DNA of 63,964 bases, the filler included, from Lenisia limosa (taxonomy: Eukaryota > Protista > Breviatea): the NCBI GenBank assembly GCA_001655205.1. It is 14 parts of 14 records of this genome, joined end to end, with 100 filler letters (N's around TTAATTAATTAA, not from the genome) between each part and the next. Parts side by side here need not be neighbours in the genome. Positions count along the whole stretch, not along the records: positions 25,296 to 40,474 come from LPNZ01001145.1; positions 40,575 to 46,927 come from LPNZ01010377.1; positions 47,028 to 55,105 come from LPNZ01003613.1; 11 more parts are not named here. One strand, written 5' to 3'. Below the pieces are notes generated by a model. That model had not been told where the DNA came from and ran no database searches. It saw only the letters and a program-made list of their open reading frames with translations. Both the position numbers and the translations under genes were made by a program. Shown here in pieces: positions 38,901-51,275 of this stretch; within the stretch, counting starts at the first letter, position 1; every line of letters starts with the position of its first letter.

Positions 38901-40420
38901 GACCAATGAAACCAACCAACAGTCACAGAGAACAGAAAATCAATAAGTTTAAGAATTTGAGAAAACCTCACCGTTGTAGAACGACGCGGACGGGCCGCCT
39001 TCGATGGAGGTGTTCCAGCCCTCGTGTCCCTTCTGCCACGGCCACGCGCGGTCAACTCGCACGTCCGCGCCACAATGCACGCCCCAGCCGCCTGGCGGTT
39101 AGAACTGATAACGATACTACGGATTTCGGAAACTGGGGTTGCGATACGCAAATATTGGAATAGTGCCAACAGTTTGAATATAGAACATGTGATTCGGACT
39201 CACCAGCAGGAGCGCCCGGGCCGGGGCTGGAGATGAGGTTCATGATGGAGGGCAACGGGATGGAGGGGTCAGGGTGCACCCCCAGGTGCGTCAGGAGAGC
39301 TGCTGTCATTGACCTGGGAAATGATGAGTTGGCTTTTTTCGAGTTCCATATTATTAACCTTTCTCACATGATGCTTGGAGGGCCAGAAGGCGGGAGAAGA
39401 AGACCTTTGAAGTCGTCAAACAAGACAACTCGGTCTGGATCATCTAGGGCCTTGGGGAGGGTCAACACTCGTATGTGGGAGTTTACACATGGGAAGACGA
39501 AGGGAAGGCTTTGCTTACGTCATCATCGTCAGCGCGCGCGGGCCACTTGACCTTGGTTCCGAGCTCTTTACTGCACCATGGGCCAATGTCCATGAACTCC
39601 CTGTCCATTGCCGCGATAGTCTGAAGATGTTAACAAGCCTGGGTTGACGAAAATCACAATGTTTACAGCCAATATTCATCTTCACCCCCCCCCCCCACAG
39701 GTCCCAATAAGGTCACATCGTCTGGATTGAGAGGCTCTACGATTTCATTTTCCTTTTCCTCCTCAGCTACAAGGTAAGAAAACTGGATCACTCGGAGTGA
39801 ACAAGCGCAGTCCTATCCGTCATATCTGCTGGTATTGTTATATTGCTATAATATGCACTTACATATCATTGATATAGTTACGACTGGAGAAGTACAGAAA
39901 TTACCTCGCCAACCCTTGTTAGCCAGAACCTGGGCGTGCATTCTGATCTCACGATCCAGTTCATCTTCATCCAGATCCTCGTCCGACCTTTCTCCAGCTC
40001 CGTACTCAGCCTGCAGGGTCGGTGAGTATGGAAGGAAAGAAATATGATGTCATGAAAGCAAAAATGGACATATCTCCAACCTCTTCTATTTCATCTTCAT
40101 AGCCCTCGCGATGCATTCCTGAGAGCATTTCCGACACCCCGGAAGCCTCATCGGTCTCCAAACGGAACCGCCTCTTTTGGGCTCTTTGCCGCTGAAGAGT
40201 CAACATCACAACCGACCGGACCATTACTATCGCTATCATTTCTAATACTTCCCCTATTATAATAAATAAGTCCCAACAGTATTACAACCCGCTCACATCT
40301 GTCGCCTTTTTCTCAGTTTTGTAGACCCAGTTAGACCACCCAACAGCACCCTTCTCTCCGATGCGCGGCTCCTCACTCTCCCAGAATCTCTCGAAATACG
40401 ACACGCGCTCAGGGCGGCGC
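35997..40420 (-). CDS. NRDE2: NRDE2-like nuclear exosome/RNAi regulator (HAT/TPR repeats), 5'-truncated at the 40474 linker
   Basis: YFERFWESEEPRIGEKGAVGWSNW (40330-40410), LDDPDRVVLFDDFKGLL (39390-39450) and C-terminal LLGVLVDEKELRL match recalled NRDE2 motifs (FWDSGEPRxGEKGAxGW, DPERxVLFDD, EKELR). Confidence 0.75.
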
Positions 40421-40578
40421 TGTCGCTAGATGGGTCAAAAGCTGGCTTTACTTAGGGCACTTGGACAAAAAAAANNNNNNNNNNNNNNNNNNNNNNNNNN
40501 NNNNNNNNNNNNNNNNNNTTAATTAATTAANNNNNNNNNNNNNNNNNNNNNNNNNNNNNNNNNNNNNNNNNNNNTAAA

Positions 40579-42430
40579 ATGGAAGCAAATGAGGGCACTC
40601 CTGCACTTCGTCTACCAAAGAAGAAGAACTACAACAAGAACAAGTACAAAAACAAAAACAAGGAAGAGGACCCGGACACGGAACAGGACAAGGATGCAGA
40701 CAAGGATTCTGACAAAAAAAAGGACAGGAACAAGAACAAGAACAATTACAGAAAACCGAAGTGTGTGTGGCATCTCATGCGGAACGAAGGTGTACCTCAG
40801 ATGGATACTCCAAAGAAGATTTCATTTCTCAACCTCGAAACATCTTATATCACAAAGTGTTCTCTGGCAATGCTTCTCCATGAAGTAAGGCAGTAAAAAC
40901 AGGACACGATTTTACTTTACTTCAGGGGATGAGACCATTTGCGGCTGAGATTCTCTATGGATATCTACATGGAGCTGATGCCCTCAACAATGCACTGCTG
41001 ACTTTTGGTATGGGATTTTGAATTTAAATGGTAACTGTATCCATAACACATTTGTCATTTTGAAGGATGTATTTACCATAGTATATGATATCGATATGTA
41101 TGATATATCAAATATGATTTATATATCATATACAGTGACTGGGATAAGTCTTGACCGATTTGTTTNNNNNNNNNNNNNNNNNNNNNNNNNNNNNNNNNNN
41201 NNNNNATATATATCATATACAGTGACTGGGATAAGTCTTGACCGATTTGTTTTGTGATTTCCAAAGGATAATAGGTCAAGATTTATCCCGGTTACTGTAT
41301 ATATATCGTGAAATTACAGTCAGAGAGAAAAATGATATTGAGCATGTTTCTCACCCGAGATGCATTGGCGAAATTATGCAATTTTATAGTTCTGCGTTCT
41401 TTCATATCCGATTACATCTGTATTAGTTTTTGATATTTTCCGTAACCGTTTTCTTTTTTTTACTTTTTAAACAGCGTTGGAGGAACTCTCTGTTGGTCTT
41501 CCCCCCGCTGCGCTTGCCTTCCCTATGGTACCACAAAAGCCTTTCAATGCAGCGTTCATTGATCGGGCTCCAATACCCATGGAAATCACAACCCCTGAAC
41601 AGCTTTATTCTTATGCTCCTCAGCCGGAAATTGAGGAACTACCAAAGGGTAAACAGGGATGTGAGGGAATCGATAATGAGGTGAAAGTTAATAGGGAAAA
41701 GAATACAAAGAAAGGAAAGGTGAAAGGAGAAAGGACGATCGTCAAAGAGAAGGAAGAAGATGAAGATGTTAAAGAGGAAGAAGTCGGTGTGGAGAAAGAG
41801 AGAAAAGAGATATGTGTTGAAGAAAAAGAAGAAGGTGCTGTTGCGGAAGAGAAAGAAGAAGAAAAAATTGATGAAAAGGATGATGATGCTGATGAAGAGA
41901 AAAATGCAAGTTTTGATGAAAAGGCAGAAGAGGAACGTATTCAAGATGATGTTGTTCAAGAACACGATGTCAAAGACAAGGATGATTGTGGTATGAAAGA
42001 GAAAGAAGAAGATGTGAAGGAGAAAGAGAAAGAAGGATTAGGAAAAGAAGTGGAATCCACTGAAGTGAGACCACGTTTTACCCGAGTGTATCCCGATTAT
42101 ACCCATCACATTTTAGAATCCAGCGTTCCCATTTGTGACCTTGATACGTTGCCAAACATGCCACCCGGCTTTTCATTCCAACTTGCACAGCCACAAGGAT
42201 GCCAATACGCCACACTACCTTCCTCGCACCCCTATATTGGTGATATCGGAACACAGCAACATAGCCAACCGTTTCACCCACAAGCCTCGCAACCTTATCA
42301 TTACGCTACCCCTGGTGCAACCTATTTTCTGCCACCTGGACATCAACTGGTATGCTTGAGTTTTTTTAATCTGATTTAAAAGATGTAATATTTTCAGAGT
42401 TGTAAGGCAAATGTTTGGGTGAATTAGTAT
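40579..42430 (+). CDS. Gene fragment with K/N/D-rich and long E/K-rich low-complexity exons, unknown function
   Basis: ORF 40579..40896 splices to exon 40925-41005; the 41477..42379 ORF has an acidic block followed by a P/Q/H-rich tail. Confidence 0.55.
41220..41297. mobile_element. Family C Tc1/mariner-like MITE. Other copies or arms: 56993-57070, 57478-57530, 19141-19167, about 1828-1858
   Basis: TIR CAGTGAC(T/C)GGGATAAGTCTTGACC...GGTCAAGA(T/C)TTATCCCGGT(T/C)ACTG flanked by TA on both sides. Confidence 0.8.
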
Positions 42431-42886
42431 TGTACCATAATCCAATATCCCGTATAAGCGTGGTGGTGCGTACGGCTTTTGTAAGATCCTTTCTGTTTTT
42501 AATTCTCATTTGTACATATGACATGATAGCACATGATATAATATACCCAGAGCGGATTACCTAAGCTTTTGATCAAATCTTCAAAGCCAATTTATCGGGA
42601 CAAGAAACATACAAAATCATTTACCTTATATTCTAGGGGCAGTTTTCCCCCTTCCCCCAGTGAAACCAATGTCAACAATTGTAGTTTGTGTCTTTTATTT
42701 AATGTAACTTGTATTTCATCTTTCGTTTTCGATTTATATATTCAATGATATTACGCTTGTATTCCGCAGATTAGGTGAGGGTGGAAACCCCCTCCACAGG
42801 GGAGGGGGGGACCTTGACAATTGCTCAAACAGAAGGCATTCAATGGCAGTTGCCGAAAAAAGATTTGGAAACCCACTGGCGGAGGA

Positions 42887-43412
42887 TCATATTTTAGAAC
42901 GTGAAGTTTTCCATTTTGAGATTTTCTTCCTGAAGGTCAATATCAATATTGACTCAAGGTATTTCCTAAAAAGTCGGTTTTTTGAGGGTTGAGGTACATT
43001 TTGCCACTTAAACTCAGCTTAAACTTACTTTTGACATGTTATTTGGATTTGCAGACCCTGAAAACATATATATAGTTTCATACTTTTCGTCAAAAAATAT
43101 AATGGTAGCCTTGAGTTATAATCACTCTATTTCCAAATTTGACTGAAATTTGTCTTGATTTCAGTCAAATTTCAGGGAAATAAAATGCAAGGCTACCATT
43201 ATATTGTTTGACGAAAAGTATGAACCTGTATGTTTTCAGGGTCTGCAAATCCAAATAACATGTCAAAAGTAAGTTTAAGCTGAGTTTAAGTGGCAAAATG
43301 TACCTCAACCCTCAAAAAAACCGACTTTTTAGGAAATACCTTGAGTCAATATTGATATTGACCTTCAGGCAAGAAAATCTCAAAATGGAAAACTAAACTT
43401 TCAAAAATATGA
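42887..43412. mobile_element. 526-bp near-perfect palindrome (foldback or long-TIR element)
   Basis: Left arm is the reverse complement of the right arm over about 255 bp, with a central loop of about 8 nt at AAATTTGACTGAAAT-TTGTCTTG-ATTTCAGTCAAATTT (about 43135-43172). Confidence 0.9.
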
Positions 43413-43630
43413 GTATTGGCGTATTGGCTAGCATTTGGCTTGCATTTGGTAGTGCGAGTGCGGGGGGGAGGGGGAGGCAAACCAGCACCCTATTATGGGG
43501 AAGCTGAAAAGTGGATATTACAACTCCATGCCTATAATTAAATTCTGGGGATGCAACTGACATAATTTTCATAATTTAGTTTATTTTCGGGGAAATTTAT
43601 TGAGTTTGAAAGTTGCTAAAAACTGTCAGT

Positions 43631-46600
43631 ATGCAACAACAACCTCAACAATCACAACCTGGCCAGGGATTGGCCGGTCAACCAGGTGGAGCTAACCCGA
43701 ATCCTCAGCAACAACAGCAGCAACAACAGCAAATGATGATGCAACAGCAACAGCAGCAATTGATGCAACAACAGCAAATGCAAAATATGCAATCAATGGG
43801 AGGAGGAGGTCAAGGTCTTCCTGGTGCCATTACTCCTCAACAAAATATGATGGTTGGTATTTATGCCTTGAAGTCTTCATATTATATATTGTTATATTTA
43901 TTCTAATCGCTAAACTGCTGTTTTATTCTTCCCTAGATGCAGCAGCTTCAACAAGCTCAAAATCCTCCTCCTGGAGGCCTTGACCCTGAGCTTATCAGCG
44001 CCTTACAGCAGAGTAACTTCCAACAAGCACAACAAATCATGATGTCTAAAAAGTTAGTGTCTTTTTGTTGTTTGTGGTTAATCTTCCGTAGCATCGATCC
44101 TAGCCACAGTGACAGTGAAGGCTGGACTCCTCTTCATTACTCTTGCCGACTCGGACACCAGGAATTCACCGCTGTATGCAAAATCCCTTTCCTCACAAAC
44201 CTTGCTCACACACTAGTTCCTGTTCGAGCACAATGCCAACCCCTGCCAGGCCAACAGCCATGGAGATTCCCCTCTTCATTATGCTTGTTCAGAGAGCCAT
44301 CCTCCTGTGGGCCTGGGTGCAACATACGATAGTTCTACTTTTTGTTTTTCAGAGCTTTTGTTCATCATCCCTTTTCTTTGCGTTCTGACTTTAAAGTGTG
44401 TACTTCTCTGTCTTCAGCGCATGGGAAATCCCAACCAGCAGAACAAATTCGGAAATACCCCCCTTCACTATGCATGTTTCTGGTTCCATGGCGGTATCGT
44501 ACAAGCCTTGATCCAGGTAAGTCGGCTGAAAACAACGCTGACTGTTTTTATCGCTGTTTTACTCAAGTGATGCTATATTGTTTTTTATTACTATTATTTC
44601 AACATTATTTTTCCTCTTTGATTTCTTTCAAGCTTGTAACGGTGTATTTTCCTCTAATAAACTTCAGAGAGGCGGTAACCTCCAAATGAATAATGCTGAC
44701 AACGAGACACCCATCTCCAAGGTTCCGCCCCAGGCACAGCAGCACATCAACTGTTTGAGGATCTGTGTTAATCACTGCACAGTACTGCGTTTATTTCTAG
44801 AAAAAAAGCTTTAGTGTTTCCTTGCAAGAGTGTTAACCTCGTACAGCGGTTGCCCAGCGTATGCAAATGGGACAGCAACAGCAAATGATGCAGAACCGTC
44901 AGGCCATGGCTGCACAACAGCAACTTGCGGCCCAGCAGCAGGAGATTGCCCGACAGCAAAAATTACTCCAGGATCAGAAAGTGGGTTTCGGTGGCACTAT
45001 TTACCACCCCAGGTTCTAATATTGGTCTCTCTGTCATTATTCTCTTTCAGTTCCTGCACAGTTCACCTCTTAACTATACTTTTTATATTTTTGAGGACAT
45101 CCTCAAAATCATAAATTTCAAATGGGTATATCTGGTTCTCATCCAGACTGGTGTAAGTTTTTCTTGATGGTTCTTTTTTTTTCAAAAATGCACATTGCTC
45201 CGAGTCCAAATGACCTCCCAGGACGCTTTTGAGAAACAGAAGCGCAACGCCGAGAAGGACGAGCTTGAAAAGGCCACGAAGGCTAAGGTGCGGGGCTGAA
45301 GTACTGAAGATCAAAGACCCTCTTTCACACTCAATATGGTAAAAGATCTCACAGTTTAGGTTGCTGAAATTACCGATAAGTCAAGAGTCAAGCACGAGTG
45401 GGAAATCGACTCCAAGGAATGCAAAAGGGAGAAATTTGTGGTATGTGGGCACGCAAAAAGCTGTGTGAACCTTAAGGCAAATGATTGAGTGAATGATTTT
45501 TTTCAATTATCTATTATCCCTTTTTGGCGTGATAATGTGAACGGCTTCGGCCAGATACAACTTTATTTTTTATTTCTCATTGCTATATTATATGTGGGTA
45601 GTCTCATCAATTCCAAATCTCTTGTTTAACGGAAAGTTATCAGCGATTGAAAATAGTGATTCGGCTATATGCATATATTGAATAATAGACTTAACCGGAT
45701 GTAATATTCTCCTTTCAGTTCCCTCACGATTCAGGGACGTGGTGGTTTTGGTGAGGTTTACTTCGGCGACTGGCAGGGCAGTCCTGTTGCTATCAAGACT
45801 ATGCTTGCACAGAAGGTCTGTGTTGCAAACTGTTCAGAACTGGTCATAGCCGTGTTTTGTTTTCACTAAAACCCTTTGCCTGTTTGTTTTTGTTTTTTTG
45901 TCTCTTTAAAAAAAAACTATCATTCCTATTTTATTTTTTTTCTTAATTTCTTCATCGAAATTTGCTTCGTTTTACCCCCCCCCCCCNNNNNNNNNNNNNN
46001 NNNNNNNNNNNNNNNNNNNNNNNNNNNNNNNNNNNNNNNNNNNNNNNNNNNNNNNNNNNNNNNNNNACGTGATGAGTAAACTCCGGCATCCGAACATCAC
46101 ACTCTTCATGGCTGCCTGCATTACGCCGCCGGACATGTGTATCGTTTCTGAGTTCTTGGAACGAGGCTCCCTTTATTCGTGGGCTGTTTGGCCAGAACTT
46201 TGTTTATTTTGTTTTCTTTCACCGTCAATTTTTTGTACACATTCTCATTTTCAGTATTGATTGTCCAATTTCCTACTTGTGTATTTAAAAACGCATTAGT
46301 AGTTGCAAAAATCCACCTTTTTTTTTTAATTGTGTTCATAATAGTACCACTTTTCCTGTTATTTTTTTAACTACAGACGCTAAACATTATGCCCCATTTT
46401 TAGATGAGCCCAATTTTCTTTGTTAGTAATTTCCATTTTTACCCCGATGGGATGCGGGGCTGCAGAAGCGACTGGCCTNNNNNNNNNNNNNNNNNNNNNN
46501 NNNNNNNNNNNNNNNNNNNNNNNNNNNNNNNNNNNNNNNNNNNNNNNNNNNNNNNNNNNNNNNNNNNNNNNNNNNNNNNNNNNNNNNNNNNNNNNNNNNN

Positions 46601-46716
46601 NNNNNNNNNNNNNNNNGATGGTGAAGATGGCCACCGACACGGCTCGTGGCATGAACTATCTTCATTGCTTCAACCCCACGATCATGCATCGTGATCTCAA
46701 GTCCCTCAATCTCCTC
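43631..46716 (+). CDS. PolyQ/ankyrin-repeat/coiled-coil plus TKL (Raf-like) protein kinase, 5' part
   Basis: N-terminal Q-rich tract; three ankyrin repeats (GWTPLHYSC, GDSPLHYAC, GNTPLHYAC); kinase subdomains GRGGFGEVY, VAIK, LRHPNITLFM, RGMNYLH, HRDLKSLNLL. Confidence 0.93.
45529..45588 (+). mobile_element. Family D intronic element. Other copies: 15143-15180(-), 22752-22807(-), 31120-31170(+), 55209-55267(-), 62823-62863(-)
   Basis: Approximate consensus GTGATGGTGTGAACGGCTTCGGCCAGATACAACCTTATTTTTTTATTTCTCATTGCTATAT. Confidence 0.82.
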
Positions 46717-46755
46717 GTAGGCCTCATCACATGCCGCCATCCCTTACGATATCAG

Positions 46756-46917
46756 GTGGACACGCATTGGACAGTCAAAGTCACCGATTTCGGGCTGTCC
46801 ATGATGAAGACTGTCGGTACTGATGGGACCAACCAGCAATGCGGTACGCCACAATGGATGGCACCCGAGCTGCTGAGGAACGAGAAGTACAACGAAAAGG
46901 CTGACGTGTTCTCGTGG
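46756..46917 (+). CDS. Same TKL kinase, continuation after a 39-nt intron; truncated at the 46928 gap/linker
   Basis: VDTHWTVKVTDFGLS...CGTPQWMAPELL...KADVFS (DFG, APE and subdomain IX). Confidence 0.93.
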
Positions 46918-47139
46918 GGGGGGGGGGNNNNNNNNNNNNNNNNNNNNNNNNNNNNNNNNNNNNNNNNNNNNTTAATTAATTAANNNNNNNNNNNNNNNNN
47001 NNNNNNNNNNNNNNNNNNNNNNNNNNNTTCGGTTAAAAAAAAAAAAAAACTCAAAATATCGATAGTTTTCGAGAATATATCTAAACATTCAGTCATTATT
47101 TGAACCAAAGTGAAGCCCAAGTGACAACGCATTCATTGC

Positions 47140-50100
47140 TCTCTACAGTAAAAAGAGTCCCTCAAACCTCTCTGTTCCTAATTGGTGTCGTGGCGACATT
47201 TGGGGCCGAGTTACGACTGGAAGGGACTGGTGGAGGGGATCCCTAAGTGGGTCATGAAGCAAAAAACATGGAGAAAGAATGGTATTATTCCCCATCGTGT
47301 GGTTTTCCACATGGAAAGAAAGAAAGAAAGATGTACCAAGTGTTTTGAATTCACTATGCGATACCTGCTGAACGTGGAGAAAGTCCCTGAGAGCGGTCTC
47401 AAAGTTGCCAAACGGACGCCCGACGTTCTCGTCTTCCGGCTGCAGACCAACCCATTGGGCAAAGGGCGACGTCGGACTGGCTTCGAAGGAAAAGTCCACA
47501 TCATCTTCGATTGCTNNNNNNNNNNNNNNNNNNNNNNNNNNNNNNNNNNNNNNNNNNNNNNNNNNNNNNNNNNNNNNNNNNNNNNNNNNNNNNNNNNNNN
47601 NNNNNNNNNNNNNNNNNNNNNNNNNNNNNNNNNNNNNNNNNNNNNNNNNNNNTCCAAACCTTCATCTTCATCAAAAATCTCTGGAAGTTCCTGGCCGAGG
47701 CCTGCGAACAATCCCTCAATGTTGGCCATGAACTCAGCTAAAATGTCATATAATCCCTTTTGATTTTCAACTAGATAAGTTTGCCTGTCGAAACTTCCTT
47801 AAATGGTTCATTCCATCTTTGAATGGTGTTGTATAATATGTAGCACTTCATATGCTTGTTTTATAAATACATTAAATCTGTAGACAGCCCCATCCTCCAA
47901 GTACTTAATCCAATATCAACGTGTAGCCCTTACATACAGTGCGGGTTTTCTTCGATGGCAGGGTCACTACAAAGTTACTTCAGAAACAAGACATCTAATA
48001 TGTCATATGCAAATATACCTTTCTCATGTAGTATCATTTAATTGCATTACTAATTACATGATCTGTGAAGAAAAGGATTGTAATTAATATGAGAGATGAA
48101 ACAGGGCACTTCAAAGACTGTATTGCAACCAACTTGAAGAAGGCAGACAACGCATGTTCGCAGTCAATTTCCTTGGTGTCTCTGATCGCCTGCCACTTAA
48201 TTGTCCACATACTGAGGTGGTAAGGCNNNNNNNNNNNNNNNNNNNNNNNNNNNNNNNNNNNNNNNNNNNNNNNNNNNNNNNNNNNNNNNNNNNNNNNNNN
48301 NNNNNNNNNNNNNNNNNNNNNNNNNNNNNNNNNNNNNNNNNNNNNNNNNNNNNNNNNNNNNNNNNNNTAGGAACGGATCATATCTTGATAAATATCGAAG
48401 AATTCCGCCATTGGTATCTCCCACATAAAGCTCTAACCAGCCCTTGCTCACTAGGATTGGAGGTCGGAGGACATGGCTAGAGACTTCTTCTTCTTCAAAT
48501 CCCAAATTCTAGCTGAAGGGTGGGTCAAAAAAAGAAATGGAAGGAGTAAGTATCTATATCAAGAACTGGAATGTATAATGAATGACAACCTATAAATCAG
48601 ACCACTCACCTGTTTTGTCAATTGAAACAGATGCCAAATATGTTCCGCATGGAGAGAAGCCTATAACGGTCACAGCGTTCAATCTCAGATTGTCTCAATC
48701 TTTTCCTTCTTTACAATAGAGTGGTACCAATTCCCTCCTGTGTCCCTCTTACTGACACAAGGAACATTGTGTTGATGGCCCACTAGAACGATTGGGTCGA
48801 TTCGTTTATACTACAAAATAAATGGGTGATTATATCATTAAACAATTGAGGGAGCACATAGCAGATCAAACCGCTAATCATAACACTCACCAAGTTAATG
48901 ACCGTGATATTGTGAGAGTTGGAGGAGAACGCAACTTTCCCGGAGGGATGCGTGTCTGTACAAGTGAAAATAAGCACAATTAGTTGCGCTAATAATTTTC
49001 TCTGTCAATCATTCCAGATTATTATTGTATTGCTGGGTGGAATTTTATTGTCCATAGGAAAGTCTTTCCTAATACTTCACATATAAAAAAACTACTAAAC
49101 GCTAACAAACACACAGGCAAGTAAGTCCCCCCAAACCGAGTCCCCAAATAGAGTCTTCATTTGGATCCTTGTAACCCCAGGGCTCCATAAACGAGAGTCG
49201 CAGGGGGTGTACCACCGGGCGACCAATGAGTTTATCAATCAAATTGTCAGTAGTGAGTGGTGGGGGGTCACTGGCTACTTTCAGGCTAGGGAACACGGGG
49301 GGATAGCTCGATGATTCGTAGTCAACTCCAAAACTCTACGCGAGCAATTACGTGTTATTTTGAAGGATATAATATACTACATGTACATTCACATTTTATG
49401 AAAGGCAAACGTTTTCATTTTGAACAACAATTTCGTCTCTTCTCAAAACAAAATACTCCCACCTTGGCAACACTGACCCTCAAGTTGGACACAACAGCCA
49501 TATTTAGCGCATCCGGACGCCGCACAGCCCTGACCGGAATGATGGTCACGTGACAAGAGTCATCAACTGTGACGGCGTAGGGGGCCCCTTGGAAGATGGC
49601 GGCCCGGACCTGGGCGCTGTCATAACCCGCTTAATCAAACAACATTGTTGATAATTGTTTCAATCTCGACATTAGGAGGTTGGATAAACTATATTTACTT
49701 TCAACCCCATTAAGGGATCATATCAATACCGACCCCTCACATTGTTGACATCTCCGACAAATTCATCAGGTAGGTCGATTTTGTCATGGGTTAGAATTTC
49801 GCCGTTGACTTCCGCACTGAAAGGGTTACAAGTAGGGCTTCACTTCTGTTTGAAAAAGACCGGTAAATTATGGATAGTTTTCGAGGATTTATCGAGAGAA
49901 TCAGTCTTTTTTTGAACCAAAGTGAAGCCCTAGTTACAAGAAGGAACTGAGCCTCAGTACGTACATTATGGAGGGAGTTATAAAACTTTTAAGTCATTTC
50001 GAAATATTTACCCAAATAATCACAGTACCAAAACACAATACTAGCCAAATCGAACTATCATAGAATGCATTATTTCTTGTTTACGGTAATGGAATATGCA

Positions 50101-50990
50101 TTGAGTCGGTATAATCTTTACCACAGCTACCAAGAGGGGGCTATTCCTCTCACTGCTCAAACGGAAAACGGTTAGGCCCTTACATAACTTGGGGGAAAGC
50201 ACTCAAATATTAACTAACCCCACCTTTTAAGGTATAATCTGCGTCCGTGTGCCTCAATGAACACGCCATCATCCCAGCTGTCTGTGAGGTCCATTTTCTG
50301 CAATGATGAGATAACCAGGCATATCTGTTATTTCAAATTGCAAATGGTATTAGATGTTAACAAAGAGGCCTTATATGGTTCCCAAAATACTTTATTTTCT
50401 CTGTAATGCCCAAATAAGAGTTGTAAGTGGAACAGTAGTCTTCAAATCACCAGGAGACATCCCAGGGCAGCTTACGTATTTCTGGAGAGGGGCCTCATGC
50501 TCAACCGGTTGAAACGGCAAGTGGTTTGTGGAGGGGTCTGCTGACACCATTGTGGCGATAGTGGTATGCACGTGCACTGATAGGTGAGTATACGGTGTTA
50601 AAGAGAGAAATGAGGAGGTATGGATACTGGAATTTCATAAAAGGTGAGGAAGGAAAATGGAAAAGGAGGAGGATGATGTCCAAAACAAAAAAAAAGAACT
50701 GTTGGAGGTGCTCATCAATCCTGGTGCAATATAATGGTATTCAATTACGTTACTAAATAAGAAAAAGCCCATAATGATCCACATTTCCCGATTGTGAGGG
50801 TTAGTGTTCTGAAAATCTGTTGAAGATCTCGGCTTACTTTTGGAATTTTGATTTAATACGCTGCAAAGAGATCTGAAAAACACTTATATGTCATCAATAT
50901 TTGCAGAGGAGGTGTGGGGGTTGGCCAAGGTCAATGAAGACGATGGCCGTTAAAGCTGAATGAAGACATATCTCCCAGATTCGTGAATAA
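47140..50990 (-). CDS. WD40-repeat protein with acidic C-terminal region, partial
   Basis: Spliced GHQHNVPCVSFSPCGTYLASVSIDKT (48615-48780) is a WD40 repeat; acidic exons at 47350-47730. Resemblance to CRT10-like proteins is from memory only. Confidence 0.6.
49833..49932. mobile_element. Family A hAT-like MITE
   Basis: 100 bp, TAGGGCTTCACTT...AAGTGAAGCCCTA; perfect TSD GTTACAAG. Confidence 0.92.
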
Positions 50991-51275
50991 AAAACAATAT
51001 TTTCCCATAAATAGATAATTAGATTGCGAATAATACAATAACACACGCAATTGTACATGGACTGGACCCACGGTTGGACCGGGGAAAATTGTACACACGC
51101 TGGTTTTGCTTAAATACACTTTACGATATTAGAATATCGCTTTGTCAAAAAACATCCATTTTACAGCCTTTTTAAGTTTGATTAGTGTGTTGTGGTAGAG
51201 AAGAAGCAGTTGAGAAGAAGAAAGTAGAAATATCTTGAAAGGACGAGTGTGACGCTGGCTTAGCAGGCGTTAGAT

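Noticed and set aside
41101-41250. Tandem duplication of a family C left arm
   Set aside because: The identical 45-bp sequence flanks both sides of an N gap, so it is an unmerged contig overlap.
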